The notes under the pieces were generated by a model. It was not told where the DNA came from, did not search any database, and worked only from the letters and a program-made list of their open reading frames with translations. Shown here one piece after another: positions 10,657 to 23,676 of a stretch of DNA of 64,000 nt (within the stretch, counting starts at the first letter, position 1; each line of letters starts with the position of its first letter). Position numbers and translations under genes: made by a program. Source of the stretch: Coniocarpon cinnabarinum (taxonomy: Eukaryota); NCBI GenBank assembly GCA_051942205.1, contig JAVECO010000018.1:1-64000 (forward strand). The letters run 5' to 3'.

Positions 10657-13600
10657 TCAGCTTAAATGAAACGCTCCTTGACCTTCCTGAGTAGCAACGC
10701 CCAACTTCGTTTTCATCACCTCGAGGTCACTGTAGTCTGGTAGCTTGAGGTAATTCACTGGGTTCACGTTAGTATGACATTGCTGGGTAAGCTAGATCTT
10801 GCAAGAACTTACCACAAGTCATGCAGCTGGGTAGATATTCATCTGCATGGTGGCCTGGCTCACTCGGACGTAGAACCACGGTGAACATAGGTGTCAAAGA
10901 CTTAAAGCCACCAATCGGGAGCTTCGGACTGCCAGTGACAAATTGGAGAAAGTCCCGACGCTCTTGAGCGTTGAACTCGGTCATGGCCTGCAGAAGGTTA
11001 CGAACACTCTTGCTGTCCAGATTATAGCCATGATCAGCCTTGATGGAGTCTGTAAGTGTCTCCATGGACCAGTCTTCTTCGACGCGACCGAACAACATGA
11101 CAAGCTCATCAGGGGTGAAGGCCCGTAAGGCATTGTAGGCAAATACTTCGGAGAAGCCTTTGCGGAAACTCTGGATCTGAGACTGGACGCCAGAATACAA
11201 AGTGTAATCAATCACGCGCTCGACATAGTCGCCCACATTGTGGATGTCGACATCAATACTCTTGCCGCGAGGAACCAGTTCATTGTCAGCATAGCCAGGG
11301 AGTGTAAAATTGAGACTGAGATCCTCAATCGTGGCATTGGCCACGCGAATCCCTGACAGCTTGAGATGCTTTTGTGCGTCTGTCAGTCGCGTCTGTTCCA
11401 TAACCTTCTTCCGCGAGAGATCGAACTGTTTAAGGGTCATTAGAGACTTGGCAAGATCTTCGTCCACGACTTTCAGAGTGCCAATGGTCTGTGGCATGGA
11501 CTTCGTCTCTCTGCCCCAGCGGAAGAATAACGGGTTGAAAGAGATGTCGATGATACGGGAATCCAACATGGATCTCGCAACGAACTTGCCAAGCGCATTG
11601 AAGAGCTTCAACACCTTCTCACCGTGCAGACTTTTGAGCTGAGCTGCGCTCATTGGCATTGGGAACAACCCCTGCTTGCCGAAAGCATATTCACTTCCGT
11701 GGTCTGATTCGTTCTCGCGCCAGAGTTTGAGCTTCTTCTTGCAAAATTCTTTCGAGGCACTTGAGTAGAATTCGAGCGTCGGTCCGAGACCTGTGCCAAC
11801 TTCTTCGAAGTATTCGACTTCCAAAATGCTATTGTTGGAACCGTAAGCTTCCATGACTTTGACAGCAGATTCCAGGAACCGATGCCGCTGAATGCGAACT
11901 TTCTGACGCTGTATACGACCCAACATGGGTCGATCATCCCGATGACGGTGACGAGAATCGTTATTGTCTTGAGCGGTGAGCCAACGCTGCATGCAACGGC
12001 CATAACCGAAGGATGTAGACTGAAGGAATAGATAACGCGTCTCAAAAGGAAACAGGAACGGCGAGATACGTGCTAGATCTTCGCTCCAGGATGGCAATGA
12101 ACGACTAGCAACAATCAAAGGCTCTTCCAGTTGTCGATTCATCTTGGCAGTCAGCTTGGTGTTGACGAATTGAGACGGGGGCTCAGAGCTGACACGCAGC
12201 GTTTTGCTCTTGTCGCTCAACAACTCATCAAGCGTGCCATTAATCTCATGCAAAATTCGCAACAGACGCAGAATAATACCTGTGACTGGGTTATTTTCCA
12301 AGGATTCTGGCAGGCTGGAGCTGACGACAGGTGGCGTGACTGGCCGTGAGGACAAGCTCTCGGCGTTGGGCGGAGGACCTGGAATCTTCTTGAACTGGAT
12401 CGTGTGGGTGTTCATCCACATGCTGCGGCCGGACAAGTCATCTGGTGAAGTCGCATTCGTATGTATGGCCTTGTAGATGGTCATATCTGGAGGAATGGGC
12501 CGGCCATTGGCCATGAACTCCAAATGCCAATCAGTAGGCGTCGAAGCTGCAGCTGCGGCGTACGACGAGGCGCGCTGTGCGAGAGGTAGAGGTAGGCCAC
12601 GCGCGGCAAAGAATCGTTCAGCCTGTCGGGCAAGATGAGGTGGCATGTTTGGTGGGATTGGAGGAAACAGAGCCGACCTCGACCCGAAAGGTCCAGTGCC
12701 CATAGCTAGCGCGGGTGTTGGAGAGTCGTTCTCTTCACGTGTGGTCACAGCCCCGGATGGGGTAACATCCACGTTCACGGCTGAAGGCTCAGGTTCAGGT
12801 GGTGAGCCCGCAAGAGCATCATTAACATCCGCCATGAGCTCCGAAGGATCCAAGTCTTCATCTTCATCAGACATCTGTGCCTCGTCAGCACACTCAATCG
12901 TGGTTTGAGAATCCGGGGGAGCGAGCGAAGGTGTGCTTCCTGACGCTGGTGGTGTCGAAGGCTGGACGGGCTGGCTTCTTGTCTTTCGAGCCGAACGACG
13001 AGGCCTAGGAGTGGACGTTGAGGATGGACTTGCAATCGTCTCCGATTCGTCAGCGGATCTTGGAGTTTTAGGCGCTCCTCTTGCAGAGCTGCTTCTAGCT
13101 GAGGCAGCTGGCGGATACGATGGACCGGTTAACGGGTTGGGGGTGCTAGCTAGTCGTCGACTCAGAAATAATTCTCGTGAACCAGGAACAGTTCTCATCG
13201 CTTCGGCAAGGGCCGGACCAGGCACGCTGGCAGCAGTACCTGGAGCACGGGACGTTCGAGTTCTCTCACCGCTTGCAATGCGTGGACGCAGATATTCATC
13301 AAGTGCTTTGAGAGTAGCGATAGCATGTATCGAGACCATGATTGTGCGGAATGAAGACGAGATCCCAGACTCTTCGCCTTCGGCGACCAGACGTATGCGT
13401 ATGTGCTTTGACAATGCTGATGATGGACTGCTGCGGTTGTTGTCGTGTGCGTTTGAGTTGACCGTGATGACTTCAAAATGCTCAGAACGGCTCAAGAGAT
13501 CTTGCAGTTTTTGAACAAGTATGCTGAAAGGCGTCGAGGGAGAAGCCGTGCTCGCCTTCTTGACATTGGTAGAGGCTGTTCGACCCATGAAAGCCTCGAC

Positions 13601-16441
13601 AAAAGCCACACGTGCATCCTGATTCGACTGACCGCGCGAAGCGTCGAAGATATCGACAAGGGTATGCACGACCTTCGAGGACAAAAGCTCATAGCTTGTG
13701 ATGCTCTCGAGCGCATCACCTTCGAAAGACCGTGCAAGGTTTGAGAAAAGCTTTGCTCCTTCCTCAGACTGCTCGTTGGCGTAAGAGTCTGCAATGTTCT
13801 GGACCAAATTGTTAAGATCGTCGAGAGCTTGCGAAGCCTTTTCACGCAGCTCTGCGCCTTCTTGGGTCTCAGTCTGATCGATGAACTTCTTAGCGCAGCG
13901 AGTTATGAGGTCTTGAATCAGGTCCGTAGCGACGATGTTCTGTGGTGGAGCCACAGCGTTGTCCGAATCTTCAGATGACCCTTCATCGTCGTCGTCATCT
14001 TCATCGTCCATGGCCACATCGGCTTCGATTGCTTCAGCTTCTTCATCCTCGTCCTGATCCTCGTCATGCACGAGCTCTTCTTCGTCGTTGCGTTCGTGGT
14101 CCGAGCTGACACTTGTAGACATGCCATCTCCGGGAGAGAAAGGCGGTTCTTCTCCCTCTGCCGCTGATGGCGGCTGAGGTTGTATGTGTGCAGTCTCTGG
14201 CCCTGCTTTGGCTTTCTCGGCTTTCGAGCTGTTCTTACTTGGCTCACTCGGAACAGCCTTCTCAATGATGGGCCTATTGGCGAGCTTTCGCACTTCAGCA
14301 ATCACACCTTCCCGGTAGAATTGATATCGGTACACATGTCCCAGACGCTGGATCAGAAGCTCAGCGGCCTGCAGTGCCGACGTCACTAGAGAAGTATGAT
14401 CCTGTTGAGACAAGATGGACGCTAGGTGGGAGGCATACGGAACAGGTCTGAGTGCTTCTTCAAGAACATCGAGGTCAAAATTGCAGAGCATCTTCAGCTG
14501 AGCATCTAGGACGTGCTGGCGCACTTGGAGATTGACAGTGCTGGAGTAGGCGTCCGTCAAAGTGGGAAAGAGGATGGTCGCAAAACGCTTCATTTCTTTC
14601 TTGCAGTCGCGAAGCAGCTTCATTCGCTTGTCAATAGGCCCCTTATTCGACTTGGCTGTTGACGGTTGTGCAGTGAACCTACTGCTCATACGCGTGAGCT
14701 CGTTCAAGTACCCAAGCTTGTTTGCATCCATGGCGGGAAGCAACTCGCAGATGACTTTGAGGGTCTCAAAGACCTGATCGCGTGGACGATGAATGAGCGC
14801 CTGCATGACCACCACGCTGTCAATATTCGACGCAACATTCTCTTCTTGCGACGGTGCGGAGACGCCGGTGAGGATCTGATACAATGTATCGGTAACGTCC
14901 ATCTTGAAGAGTTCCTTGGTCAATATCGAACTGGCTCGAGCAGTGGCGGAGAGAACGCGGAGGAATTGGGTATGAATGTGGGCGCTGATGAAGTTCGCTG
15001 AGCCTGGCAGCAGCAGACGTAGGATGACTTTCAAGAGCTCTGCATCCATGAGCTGCTCGATATTGTCATCCTGGCCCTTGAAGCTATCGAATATGCGCGT
15101 CACACACAGTGAGCCTTGCTCTACCACGTTCTGATCGCTACTGTTGAGCACATCTCGCAACCTCGGCATGAACTCCTTGATGGTCGAGAAAGCATCTTCA
15201 GGAATGTTTCTGCAACAGTTGGCTGCAGCTGTTACTGCTGTTCGCTGCACGCTTGAGGTGAAGAAGTCCAGATTCTGCAAGAGGGCATTCAGACCACCCT
15301 CCCGCACGATCGCGGAGGGAAACTCGCTGGAGATCTTTTGTAGTGTTGTCAAGGCTTGCTCTGCGAGCTCAATGTCAAAGTCATCCGAAAGAACAAGCTT
15401 GGCGATGAGAATCGGCACTGCTCCATTGTAGACTACAGCGCCAGAAGCGGAAGGCAAGGCTTCGATGAGATTGGCAATGCACCGACAAGACAACAGTCGC
15501 ATTTGCGGTAGTATCTCTGGATTCTCCGCGAAATAGACGGCGAGTTCTGGATCATCTCCGGGAGAGAATGACGCAAGTCTGACGAATTCTTTGGCGAAAG
15601 CGTCAGCATTGAACTGGCCGTTCAGATTGTCTTCGTTGGACATCAACAGCATCTCCGAAACTCCTCGCAATGCCTCAAGCTGGATGTCAGGCTCGTTGTT
15701 CGCTTTCAAGCTATTCAGAAGCCCACGTGTCTGATTCATGATGTCCGACATGTAGCTGGCCATCCCAGCAAACCCACCGAGGCCACCAAAGGTGCTCCGG
15801 CCAAAAGGGTTTCCACCTAAGGCTTCCTCCAAGAAAGCAGTCCCGTCTCCACGAGGTGGGGGTGGAGGCTCGTCAGACACGTCTTCTCTAGGACTCGTGG
15901 ACTTGTCCAAGCTATCTGGAGAGGTTGGCTCATCGGACTTTACTTCACTATCTGGCTTATTCCCGCTGGAGCCACGCTTCTTTGACGGTCTCGACGTCTT
16001 GGACGAGGGTTTGGCGGAAGAGGAGCTGGGCTCAGTCGGAGAGTTGAGCTTCTTGGCTTTGCCCGGTTTCCGCTTTGAAGAACTTGACGGTCCCGACGGC
16101 GATGTCGGACTCTCCTCGCTAGGTGAGGTGGGCATGATTGTCGAGGCTTGTTTTTTTGATTTGGTTGTTTTTTGTTTCACTGGCTCGACTGGCACAGGAG
16201 CATGGGAGTCTTGTTTTGATTTGATACGCTTGGGTTTGGGCGATGACGGTTGTGTTTGAGTGGAGGGATCCTGTGCGGTGGGTGCGGAGTTGGAATGACG
16301 AGATGCTTTGCGTTTTCGGGAGGGTTGAGGCGGAGGAGGGGGTTCCGGCTGGGCTTGGTTATGGATAGATGAATCTAAAGATGCCGAGGATGAAGAGTCG
16401 GCCGACTTTTTGGCTGAAGATCGTGTAACTCTGGACGACAT
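10657..16441 (-). CDS. UFD4: HECT E3 ubiquitin ligase UFD4/TRIP12-like; exons 16441-10813 and 10757-10657
   Basis: ARM-like N-region ([23 protein letters not shown]) and HECT domain ([29 protein letters not shown]). Intron 10812-10758 (GTAAGT..CTAAC..CAG) restores [17 protein letters not shown]...EGQGAFHLS* with the catalytic Cys. Confidence 0.95.
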
Positions 16442-17516
16442 GAGAAGCTCTTGTCGAGGAGCAGCGAGAGGGAGCAGTCATCAAAGGCAGCGAGAGGTAT
16501 GCAAGGGATTCAACGATGGATCAGACTTGATGGCACAGAGTCAGTGCCGTTATGACGTGCTGAACGTGAAGGGAGTGGTGCAAGTTGTGGCAGAAGTTGT
16601 TACGAGTTGAAGGATGACAAAGATGAGAGGCGAGGACCCACCGATGAAGGTTATTGAGGAAGGCCAGTTGATCGTGTTTGCAGGAAACACTGAATGGGAA
16701 GGCAGAGGCGGTCATCGCCTATCCCATCCAGTCGCAGATTCTTCAAGTGCCCTGGGCCATCGGCGCCACGCTTGAAGACGCCTCTTTCTCTTTGCAGAGA
16801 AATGTGGTCTGTTCCAGGCGGCTAGGCAATGCTTGTAGCACCTGGAGCGGATGCCCGGTGTCACAGAGAGTTGAAAAAGCACAGGGGTTCGCCGTTCGGC
16901 GCCGGCAAAGCTTGAGCGTCTATGAGCTTAAACGCAAGACTCTACTGAGTTGAAAAAGTGCAGATTCGAAGGCTTCTCGGCTGCATTGAAGCGGAATACC
17001 TAACTGGGTCAGTAATTGAGAATGATATACCATGCAAACGCTAAAACCGATATCGCCACTAGTGGCTCGCTTTGGGCTATTGGGCAGGGTAGTTAGGGCC
17101 ATGTCGGGTGCCCCTCTCCGTCATTGGTACCTTACCTTGCCTAAAAAAAGGTGGCCCTATGATGACTGACTGACTGTTTGATGCATGCGACCATCTTCCA
17201 TCTCATCACACCAGCCATTCGCCCACTCAACTAACTCTTCAAGTGTGCTCTGACGTTTCTCGACTTCGTCTTTCTCTCACAACGCTCACCGGTCTGTCAA
17301 AATGCAAGGCCGGAACTTATGACGGCGCGTTTCCTGTCCTGCACATCCTTTAAACCCACTGCTGGCTGTCTCAGGCTTCTACCCAGTCGCGGCGGATGAA
17401 CCAACTGCTGCCTACAGGGTTTCGGTGCTGCCAGGCTCATACAAGGCGCTCAGTACTCCTCTTCTGTTTCTCCCTCGCGATTCTCTCATCCCACCTATCC
17501 TCCGCCTGTCCGCACC

Positions 17517-18314
17517 ATGGCGCAATACACATTCCCGACAGAGAAGCTCAGCGATCTCAGTGATGAGTCGCGGAAGCCCCTGGTCCTTGTCTCATGCGGG
17601 TCGTTCTCACCCATAACCTACTTACATTTGCGCATGTTTGAGATGTGCAAAGATTGGGTGAGAGCAAACTCAGAGTACGAAATCGTCGGAGCATACTTGA
17701 GTCCGGTCTCAGATGCCTACAAAAAGGCGGGCCTTGCAGCTGGTGAAGATAGAATTGAGATGTGCCGATTAGCATGCGCCGAATCGAATTGGATCATGGT
17801 AGACGATTGGGAAGCTGCCAAGCGCGAGTACACCCGGACTGCATTCGTACTAGATCACTTCGATGAGGGAATCAACCGGATACATGGCGGTATTAGGACG
17901 CATTCGGGTAGCACGAGACCAGCACAAATTTCATTGCTGAGTGGTGCGGATTTACTAGACACCATGTCTAAGCCCGGTGTGTGGGCGGAAGAAGATCTGG
18001 ATCACATTCTGAGACGATATGGTGCGTTCATCATCGAGCGCACAGGCACAGACGTGCGGGCAGCAATGTCAAAACTGGAGCCATGGCGACAATACATTCA
18101 TCCAATCACGCAACTCATTCAGAACGACGTCTCATCTACCAAGATCCGCGCCTTCCTAAACAAAGAGATGAGCATAAGATACCTCATCCCGGAGCCGGCA
18201 CTCAAATACATTGATGAGAGGGGTCTCTTCAAACCTGACCACTCGCCCCCTAGGCGGGAAACAGATCAGAACCAGAATCTGGCGAATGGAGTCGTGAGTG
18301 GAGTGAGGTCTTGA
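17517..18314 (+). CDS. NMA1: Nicotinamide/nicotinate mononucleotide adenylyltransferase (NMNAT)
   Basis: Motifs CGSFSPITYLHLRMFE, SPVSDAYKKAGL, GADLL..M..PGVW, NDVSSTKIR, SIRYLIP. Confidence 0.95.
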   Translation: MAQYTFPTEKLSDLSDESRKPLVLVSCGSFSPITYLHLRMFEMCKDWVRANSEYEIVGAYLSPVSDAYKKAGLAAGEDRIEMCRLACAESNWIMVDDWEAAKREYTRTAFVLDHFDEGINRIHGGIRTHSGSTRPAQISLLSGADLLDTMSKPGVWAEEDLDHILRRYGAFIIERTGTDVRAAMSKLEPWRQYIHPITQLIQNDVSSTKIRAFLNKEMSIRYLIPEPALKYIDERGLFKPDHSPPRRETDQNQNLANGVVSGVRS

Positions 18315-19335
18315 TACAGTTGCAGACACGGCACAAGGTAATCATACCACGGGGAGAGCCAAGAAGATCGACCTTGCAGAAAGCCGTATGGAGGACAAGA
18401 GCATTATACTGCACAGCTTTCTGCAAGGCGACCACCGCATGATAGGCCCAAAAGACTAGCCTATTCAAGACAGCCTACGCCAGAGAGAAATTCCGTCTGC
18501 AGCATTGCTACCGGCAATGTCAAAAAGTGGCAAGGTCTTCTATATCATAGTACACTAGGCTGTTGACGGAGGTAATGCGATGCACGTGTAGAAACGACCA
18601 GGCCGCGGTCATCGACATTTCGGAGACTATCCGAATCAGCGGATGCTTGGGGGAATGGTTGGAGGCATGAGTGATAGATCTACTGAGTTTAATAAGTTTG
18701 AGAAACACTGATGAAAGGTTTATGAGCTTCAGATTCAGTCGAGACATGACATGAGTCGTGCGCGCCTCGAGGCCGTTTCATATCTGTTGACACTTACATT
18801 AACCCGTCTTCCAGTCCCTGACTTTGTTGCCAATTCACTCCCAGAGAACGCTGTTCGAGTATCGCTGCCCGTCGTCAGTCAATGCATCCGAGCTTTGGAG
18901 GAGTTGTGCAAGGCCACACCACACCATGGTACTGCGTGTCGTTGACATTAACACTCAAATTAAGTACCTTCTCGACAGGGATCGTCACGCCCCTTCGGAA
19001 CAAGCTCCTTTGCGCTCCCCACAAAGTCAAAGCCGATCAATGCATGCTCGTCGACCCTTTATGTACCGAAAAATAATGCATTTCAGAGCTGCATGACTCC
19101 ACAATGAGACGGCATTCCCAGCACGCGACGTAGGCTGTATACGGTAGGTCGCCTTGAAACATGCCATTCACCCTTGAATCAGAATTATGAAAATGAATTT
19201 AAGTTTTTCTCATTGCTGCAATAAATACTGAGTCAACTCTGCGCAGCTGTAGACGCACGTCTCTACTGTAAAGCCATTCCCTTCTCACATTCATTATAAC
19301 CTCTTAGAAGACCAAAGCTGCAGGCAGCCTTCACC

Positions 19336-20547
19336 ATGTACAAGCCCAGCACATTGCTTTCCCTCCTCCTTCCCCTTCTTGCGAGCGCAACGCCCCGCAC
19401 CTCTGCCCCCGCCGGTGCCCTCGTCGTCGGTCCCAGCGCGCAATACAAGACCCTCTCCTCCGCCATCGCCGCCCTCGGGTCCAGCAGCAGCGCCCAATCC
19501 ATCTTCATCCAGCCCGGCACCTACGCTGAGACCGTCTACATCCCTAACACCGTCAAGGGCGCTCTGACTATCCAAGGATACACCGAGGATGATCAGGATT
19601 TTGCGAAGAATCATGTCAAGATTACGCATTCTGCTTCGCTGAGTCAGGCGGGGAGTGATGATAAGACGGGGACTTTGCGGGCTTGGAATGATAATGTGAG
19701 TTCACTCGTTTTCTTCTTCTTCTTGAGTTTTGGGGGGCTGGGGGAGGCGATGTGGCGGTGGCGAGTGCGTCAGAAGAAGAGCGTGGAGGTGGGCGGTCAG
19801 AGCGAGGACCGCAAAGGCGAATGCCTTGTGAATCGAGAGGGAGAGTGTGGTTTTGGCGTGGTGAAGCAGTGCTAATGGAGATGCGCCACAGTTCAAGCTC
19901 TACAACGTCGACATCACCAACAGCTACGGCAAAGGCGAACAAGCCATAGCCCTCAGCGCCTACGGCAACCAACAAGGCTACTACGGCGTCCGGCTCTTCG
20001 GATACCAAGACACGTTACTCTCCAACCAAGGGAAACAAGTCTACAGCAAATGCTACATCGAAGGCGCCGTGTAAGTCATCTATCTATTGCCCACCCTCTG
20101 CAGACCACACAGCTAATGACCCAAAGCGACTTCATCTTCGGCCAAAAAGCCATAACCTACATAACCCACTCCCAAATAAACACAATCGGTCCAGGCGCCG
20201 TCACCGCAAGCGGCCGCAACGACTCCAGCAATCCAAGCTACTACATCCTCAACAACTCAACCATAACGGGCACCGGCACCGGCACCAATTATCTCGGAAG
20301 ACCGTGGGGCAGCTACGCCCGCGTCATCGTCCAGGACACAGAGCTCAGCGCGGTGATCAATTCCAAGGGGTGGGAACCGTGGAACGCGGGACAGCCGCGG
20401 ACCGATCACGTGGACTTTGAGGAGTTTGGCAATACGGGGGTGGGTAGCCAGGGGTCGCGCGCGTTCGCGAGGAGGGCTTCGAGTGCTGTCTCTTTGGAGG
20501 CGGTCATGGGGGATGTGAGTTGGGTTGATGAGACGTTTGTCTCTTAG
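19336..20547 (+). CDS. Secreted pectin methylesterase (CE8); exons 19336-19695, 19892-20070, 20127-20547
   Basis: Signal peptide and motifs IFIQPGTYAE, QAIALSAYG, GYQDTL, IEGAVDFIFG (across intron 2), YLGRPW. Introns GTGAGT..CTAAT..CAG and GTAAGT..CTAAT..AAG. Confidence 0.93.
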
Positions 20548-21102
20548 GTGCGTTGGCGAGCTCCAAGTTGTGCGTGGGCGCCTCGCCTTTTGATAGCAGC
20601 GTCTCTCTGCGACCAGTCGAAAGTGTGACATAGCACTACCTTTTAGTTTTCTTGAGCTGTTCTCGTCATCTTGCAAGAGTGTCCTTGATTTTGCGATCAA
20701 TGCTATGTTTGGTGTTACGATGTGAGAGGGTAGTATGACCACGACCGCTGCGAATGCAGAACCGAAGACAGCAAACTTTGTAGCGAATGGGACTGAGGCT
20801 ATGGGTGACCAGGGCGTGAGCACCCATTATCGATGAGAACGCTATCAATGAGGGATGAGAATCTCGCAATGTTAAGTCAGCTCGCACAACCTCTCATGAA
20901 AAGCGCTAAACGTGTTCACATGATCTATTCCTTTCTATGCTGCTGTTCATAAAGGATAGTGGGTATATAGCAATATCATTCATCATCCAAGCGAGTGTCG
21001 TCGTTTAATTAGAGGGTCCCGACTCACGCCACGTAAATGCGAACTCTTCTGATTATTGGCAGTGACCGAGCTCAATGTCACGCCCTGTGATATATTCACT
21101 GC

Positions 21103-23676
21103 TTAGAAGCCACCACCCACAGGCTTCCTTCTGACTCCAAATGATTCTCTATTGCCACCGTTTCCGTCACCATTTCCAAAGTCGAAACTTCTCACCTCGT
21201 CAGGACTGGGAACACGTGTGAATTGCTCTCCTTGAGCTTGTCTGCCTTGGAGGCTATCGCTTGGTCCGGTAGACTCCCGACTGGACCCATTCGTGCTCCA
21301 GTCTTCGGCGCCTATCTGAGGAGGCTGATAGGCCGAGCCACGGAATGGACCTTCGATGATCTGACCGACAGCTGGTGGCTGCCAAAATCCACCTTGTGTG
21401 TTGTTGTCAGTTGGTTGGTTGAAGTCACCACGAGGAGGAGGGGATGCACGATCAACGCGAGGATCCAGGCCTGAATTGTGTGAGGAGCTGAAACTTTCGT
21501 CTTGAGTTTGGGAAGGGTATCGACTCGATGTAGCTGTCGCAGGAACTGGGGAATGTGATGCTTGTAGTGGTGGTTGTGTATTTTGTGTCGGTACGGAATG
21601 TGGCTCCATGTCTCTGAATTGAGATTGACTAGACAACGGAGGAGTCCTTTGCGAAGAGCGTTGAGGGACTTCTGGCACTGCAGCATCGTACGACTGTCTG
21701 ACGCTACGAGCAGGTGTTCGGAAGGGATCTTCCACACCTCCAGCCACAGCAGTGGCAGGGGCAGCATCAGTGGCCCCATCGCGGCCACCTACAGCTGGCC
21801 GGGAAAAGTTCGCAGGCGGTGATTGATTTCGCACTCTGAGGGGACCTGCACTTGCTTGGGTAGTCATACTGGGTTCACCGTAATCGAAAGAGGCGGGATC
21901 GCGCGGCATGTTGCCATCATCATCGTACTGTCCAGACAGCCAAACACCGCTGCCCATGCTTGAATCCATTGGTGGAAGGGTCGGCGGACGATCGGAGCGA
22001 ACAGATGACGGCGTGTTCGCCACGCCTTTGCGGTGTTGATGAGCAAGTGCCCCTGCTCCCAGCCCAGCGCCGCCAAGGCCAGCCGCAGTCGGTGCAAGTG
22101 TCGATCCCCGTGGTGTATTGTTTGACGGTGGAGATGGCGATGAAGCAAGTGGGGTGTTGGCGCCGCTGAAGCCGCCAAATATATTTTGCTGTGATGTAGC
22201 TGATGAATAGTTGGAAGGCGTGGAGGGCTCATGCGTGTGTTCGTGCCCTGCAATCTCTGCTGCGCCGGCTGCTGCTCCAAGTCCAGCAGCCGTGCCGACA
22301 CCGAGACCATGGTGACTTGAAGATGGGGCATCTCGAGCTGGGTTGACAGGAGCTGCGCTTGGTATATGACTCTCATAATGCGGCGTAGTTTCTGCACCAG
22401 AGGACGCAGGGGGTATCGAGCTCGAAGCTCCATACGCCGTGTAGGCTGGGCTGATACCCGATGGTCGTACACCAGCTGGTAGCCGTGCGCTGCTCGTACT
22501 TGAGCGCGGACCAGCGCTTGGGTCGCGTCTCGAGCGATCGTGAGAGGCAATGCCTGCGCCAGCCGCGCCAGCAAGAGCCCCTGCTCCCAGACCTGCAGCT
22601 GCTCCTGAGCCGGCGCCGAAATGAGGACCACTGCCACCAGGACCAGCCACGTTGGCGCGGCTTGGATCAACTGGGTCGGCGAATGGATTGTTGTGATCTC
22701 GTGCATGACTTGCCCCAGCTGCTCCTCCAGCAAGAGGAGCCGCACCGGCAAATGCGCTTGCACCATTTGTCGTTTGTGTGTCGCGGAACTTCTCATTTTC
22801 CGCATTGGCAAGCAAAGCCGACTCGCTCGCCTTTTTCTTCCTCCGTCGACGTATCAAGCAGCATGCCAAAAGAGCCAACAGCAGGATCGGAACAACCGCA
22901 CCCACGACAGCCGCCGGAATGACAACTGTATTGCGATAGTGGTGTGGGTCGGAGTTCTGACCGGATTGTGTCAGACCGGCGGCGTTGCTGTCCTGGGCGC
23001 CCGCGGCGCCAGCGGTGGAACTTGATCCTCCATTGGCGGTAGTGCTAGCTGCTGCACCGTCACTTGTTCCAGTCATTGCGCCTGAACCACCCGAGGCGGA
23101 CGTAGGCTCGCCATTGTTTGCGCCAGACGTGCTCGATCCACCCGCTGACCCGGCTGCTACACTAGAGTCAAACCCATTTGAGGAATTCGTAGGTTGGGAG
23201 GCAAAAGACACAGGGGTAGGGCTACGCAACGAAGACGACGAGCCTCCGAAGCCACCAACACCGGGGGCAGTCGTGCTCGGTCTACTGCTACCTGAGCCAC
23301 CAAGAACACCATTAGAAGTGGACTCACCAGAGCCTGCGCCAGAGCTTTGACTTGCTCCACCCAAACCTCCGGTAGAACCGACAGCATTCGTTTGCGCTAT
23401 GGTCGAGCTCGGGTTGCTCGTCACTATGCCATCGCCATTCGTGCTTGAGGTGGGTGTAAGTTGAACCTCTGTCGACAGCGCAACGGTAGCACCTGGCGTA
23501 AGCGTGATCTGGCCTCTCAAGCTCTCACAAGCCGAGAGGAGCTGTAGATTGACGCCTGGAGTCGAGACACACTCAGCAACAGATTGTGCACGCACGAGCG
23601 GCAACAATCCTGCAAGAGCGAGCCACGACGTCAAGCCGAGGTGGCGCCCTCTCAGTGAGGACGATGTTGGAGCCAT
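21103..23676 (-). CDS. Type I membrane protein: signal peptide, Ser/Thr/Gly-rich ectodomain, single TM, long disordered cytoplasmic tail (Mid2/cell-wall-sensor-like architecture)
   Basis: ATG at 23676 (MAPTSSSLRGRHLGLTSWLALAGLLPLVRA). TM VVIPAAVVGAVVPILLLALLACCLI followed by RRRRKKK stop-transfer. Terminal RRKPV motif. Confidence 0.8.
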   Translation of the reverse strand: MAPTSSSLRGRHLGLTSWLALAGLLPLVRAQSVAECVSTPGVNLQLLSACESLRGQITLTPGATVALSTEVQLTPTSSTNGDGIVTSNPSSTIAQTNAVGSTGGLGGASQSSGAGSGESTSNGVLGGSGSSRPSTTAPGVGGFGGSSSSLRSPTPVSFASQPTNSSNGFDSSVAAGSAGGSSTSGANNGEPTSASGGSGAMTGTSDGAAASTTANGGSSSTAGAAGAQDSNAAGLTQSGQNSDPHHYRNTVVIPAAVVGAVVPILLLALLACCLIRRRRKKKASESALLANAENEKFRDTQTTNGASAFAGAAPLAGGAAGASHARDHNNPFADPVDPSRANVAGPGGSGPHFGAGSGAAAGLGAGALAGAAGAGIASHDRSRRDPSAGPRSSTSSARLPAGVRPSGISPAYTAYGASSSIPPASSGAETTPHYESHIPSAAPVNPARDAPSSSHHGLGVGTAAGLGAAAGAAEIAGHEHTHEPSTPSNYSSATSQQNIFGGFSGANTPLASSPSPPSNNTPRGSTLAPTAAGLGGAGLGAGALAHQHRKGVANTPSSVRSDRPPTLPPMDSSMGSGVWLSGQYDDDGNMPRDPASFDYGEPSMTTQASAGPLRVRNQSPPANFSRPAVGGRDGATDAAPATAVAGGVEDPFRTPARSVRQSYDAAVPEVPQRSSQRTPPLSSQSQFRDMEPHSVPTQNTQPPLQASHSPVPATATSSRYPSQTQDESFSSSHNSGLDPRVDRASPPPRGDFNQPTDNNTQGGFWQPPAVGQIIEGPFRGSAYQPPQIGAEDWSTNGSSRESTGPSDSLQGRQAQGEQFTRVPSPDEVRSFDFGNGDGNGGNRESFGVRRKPVGGGF

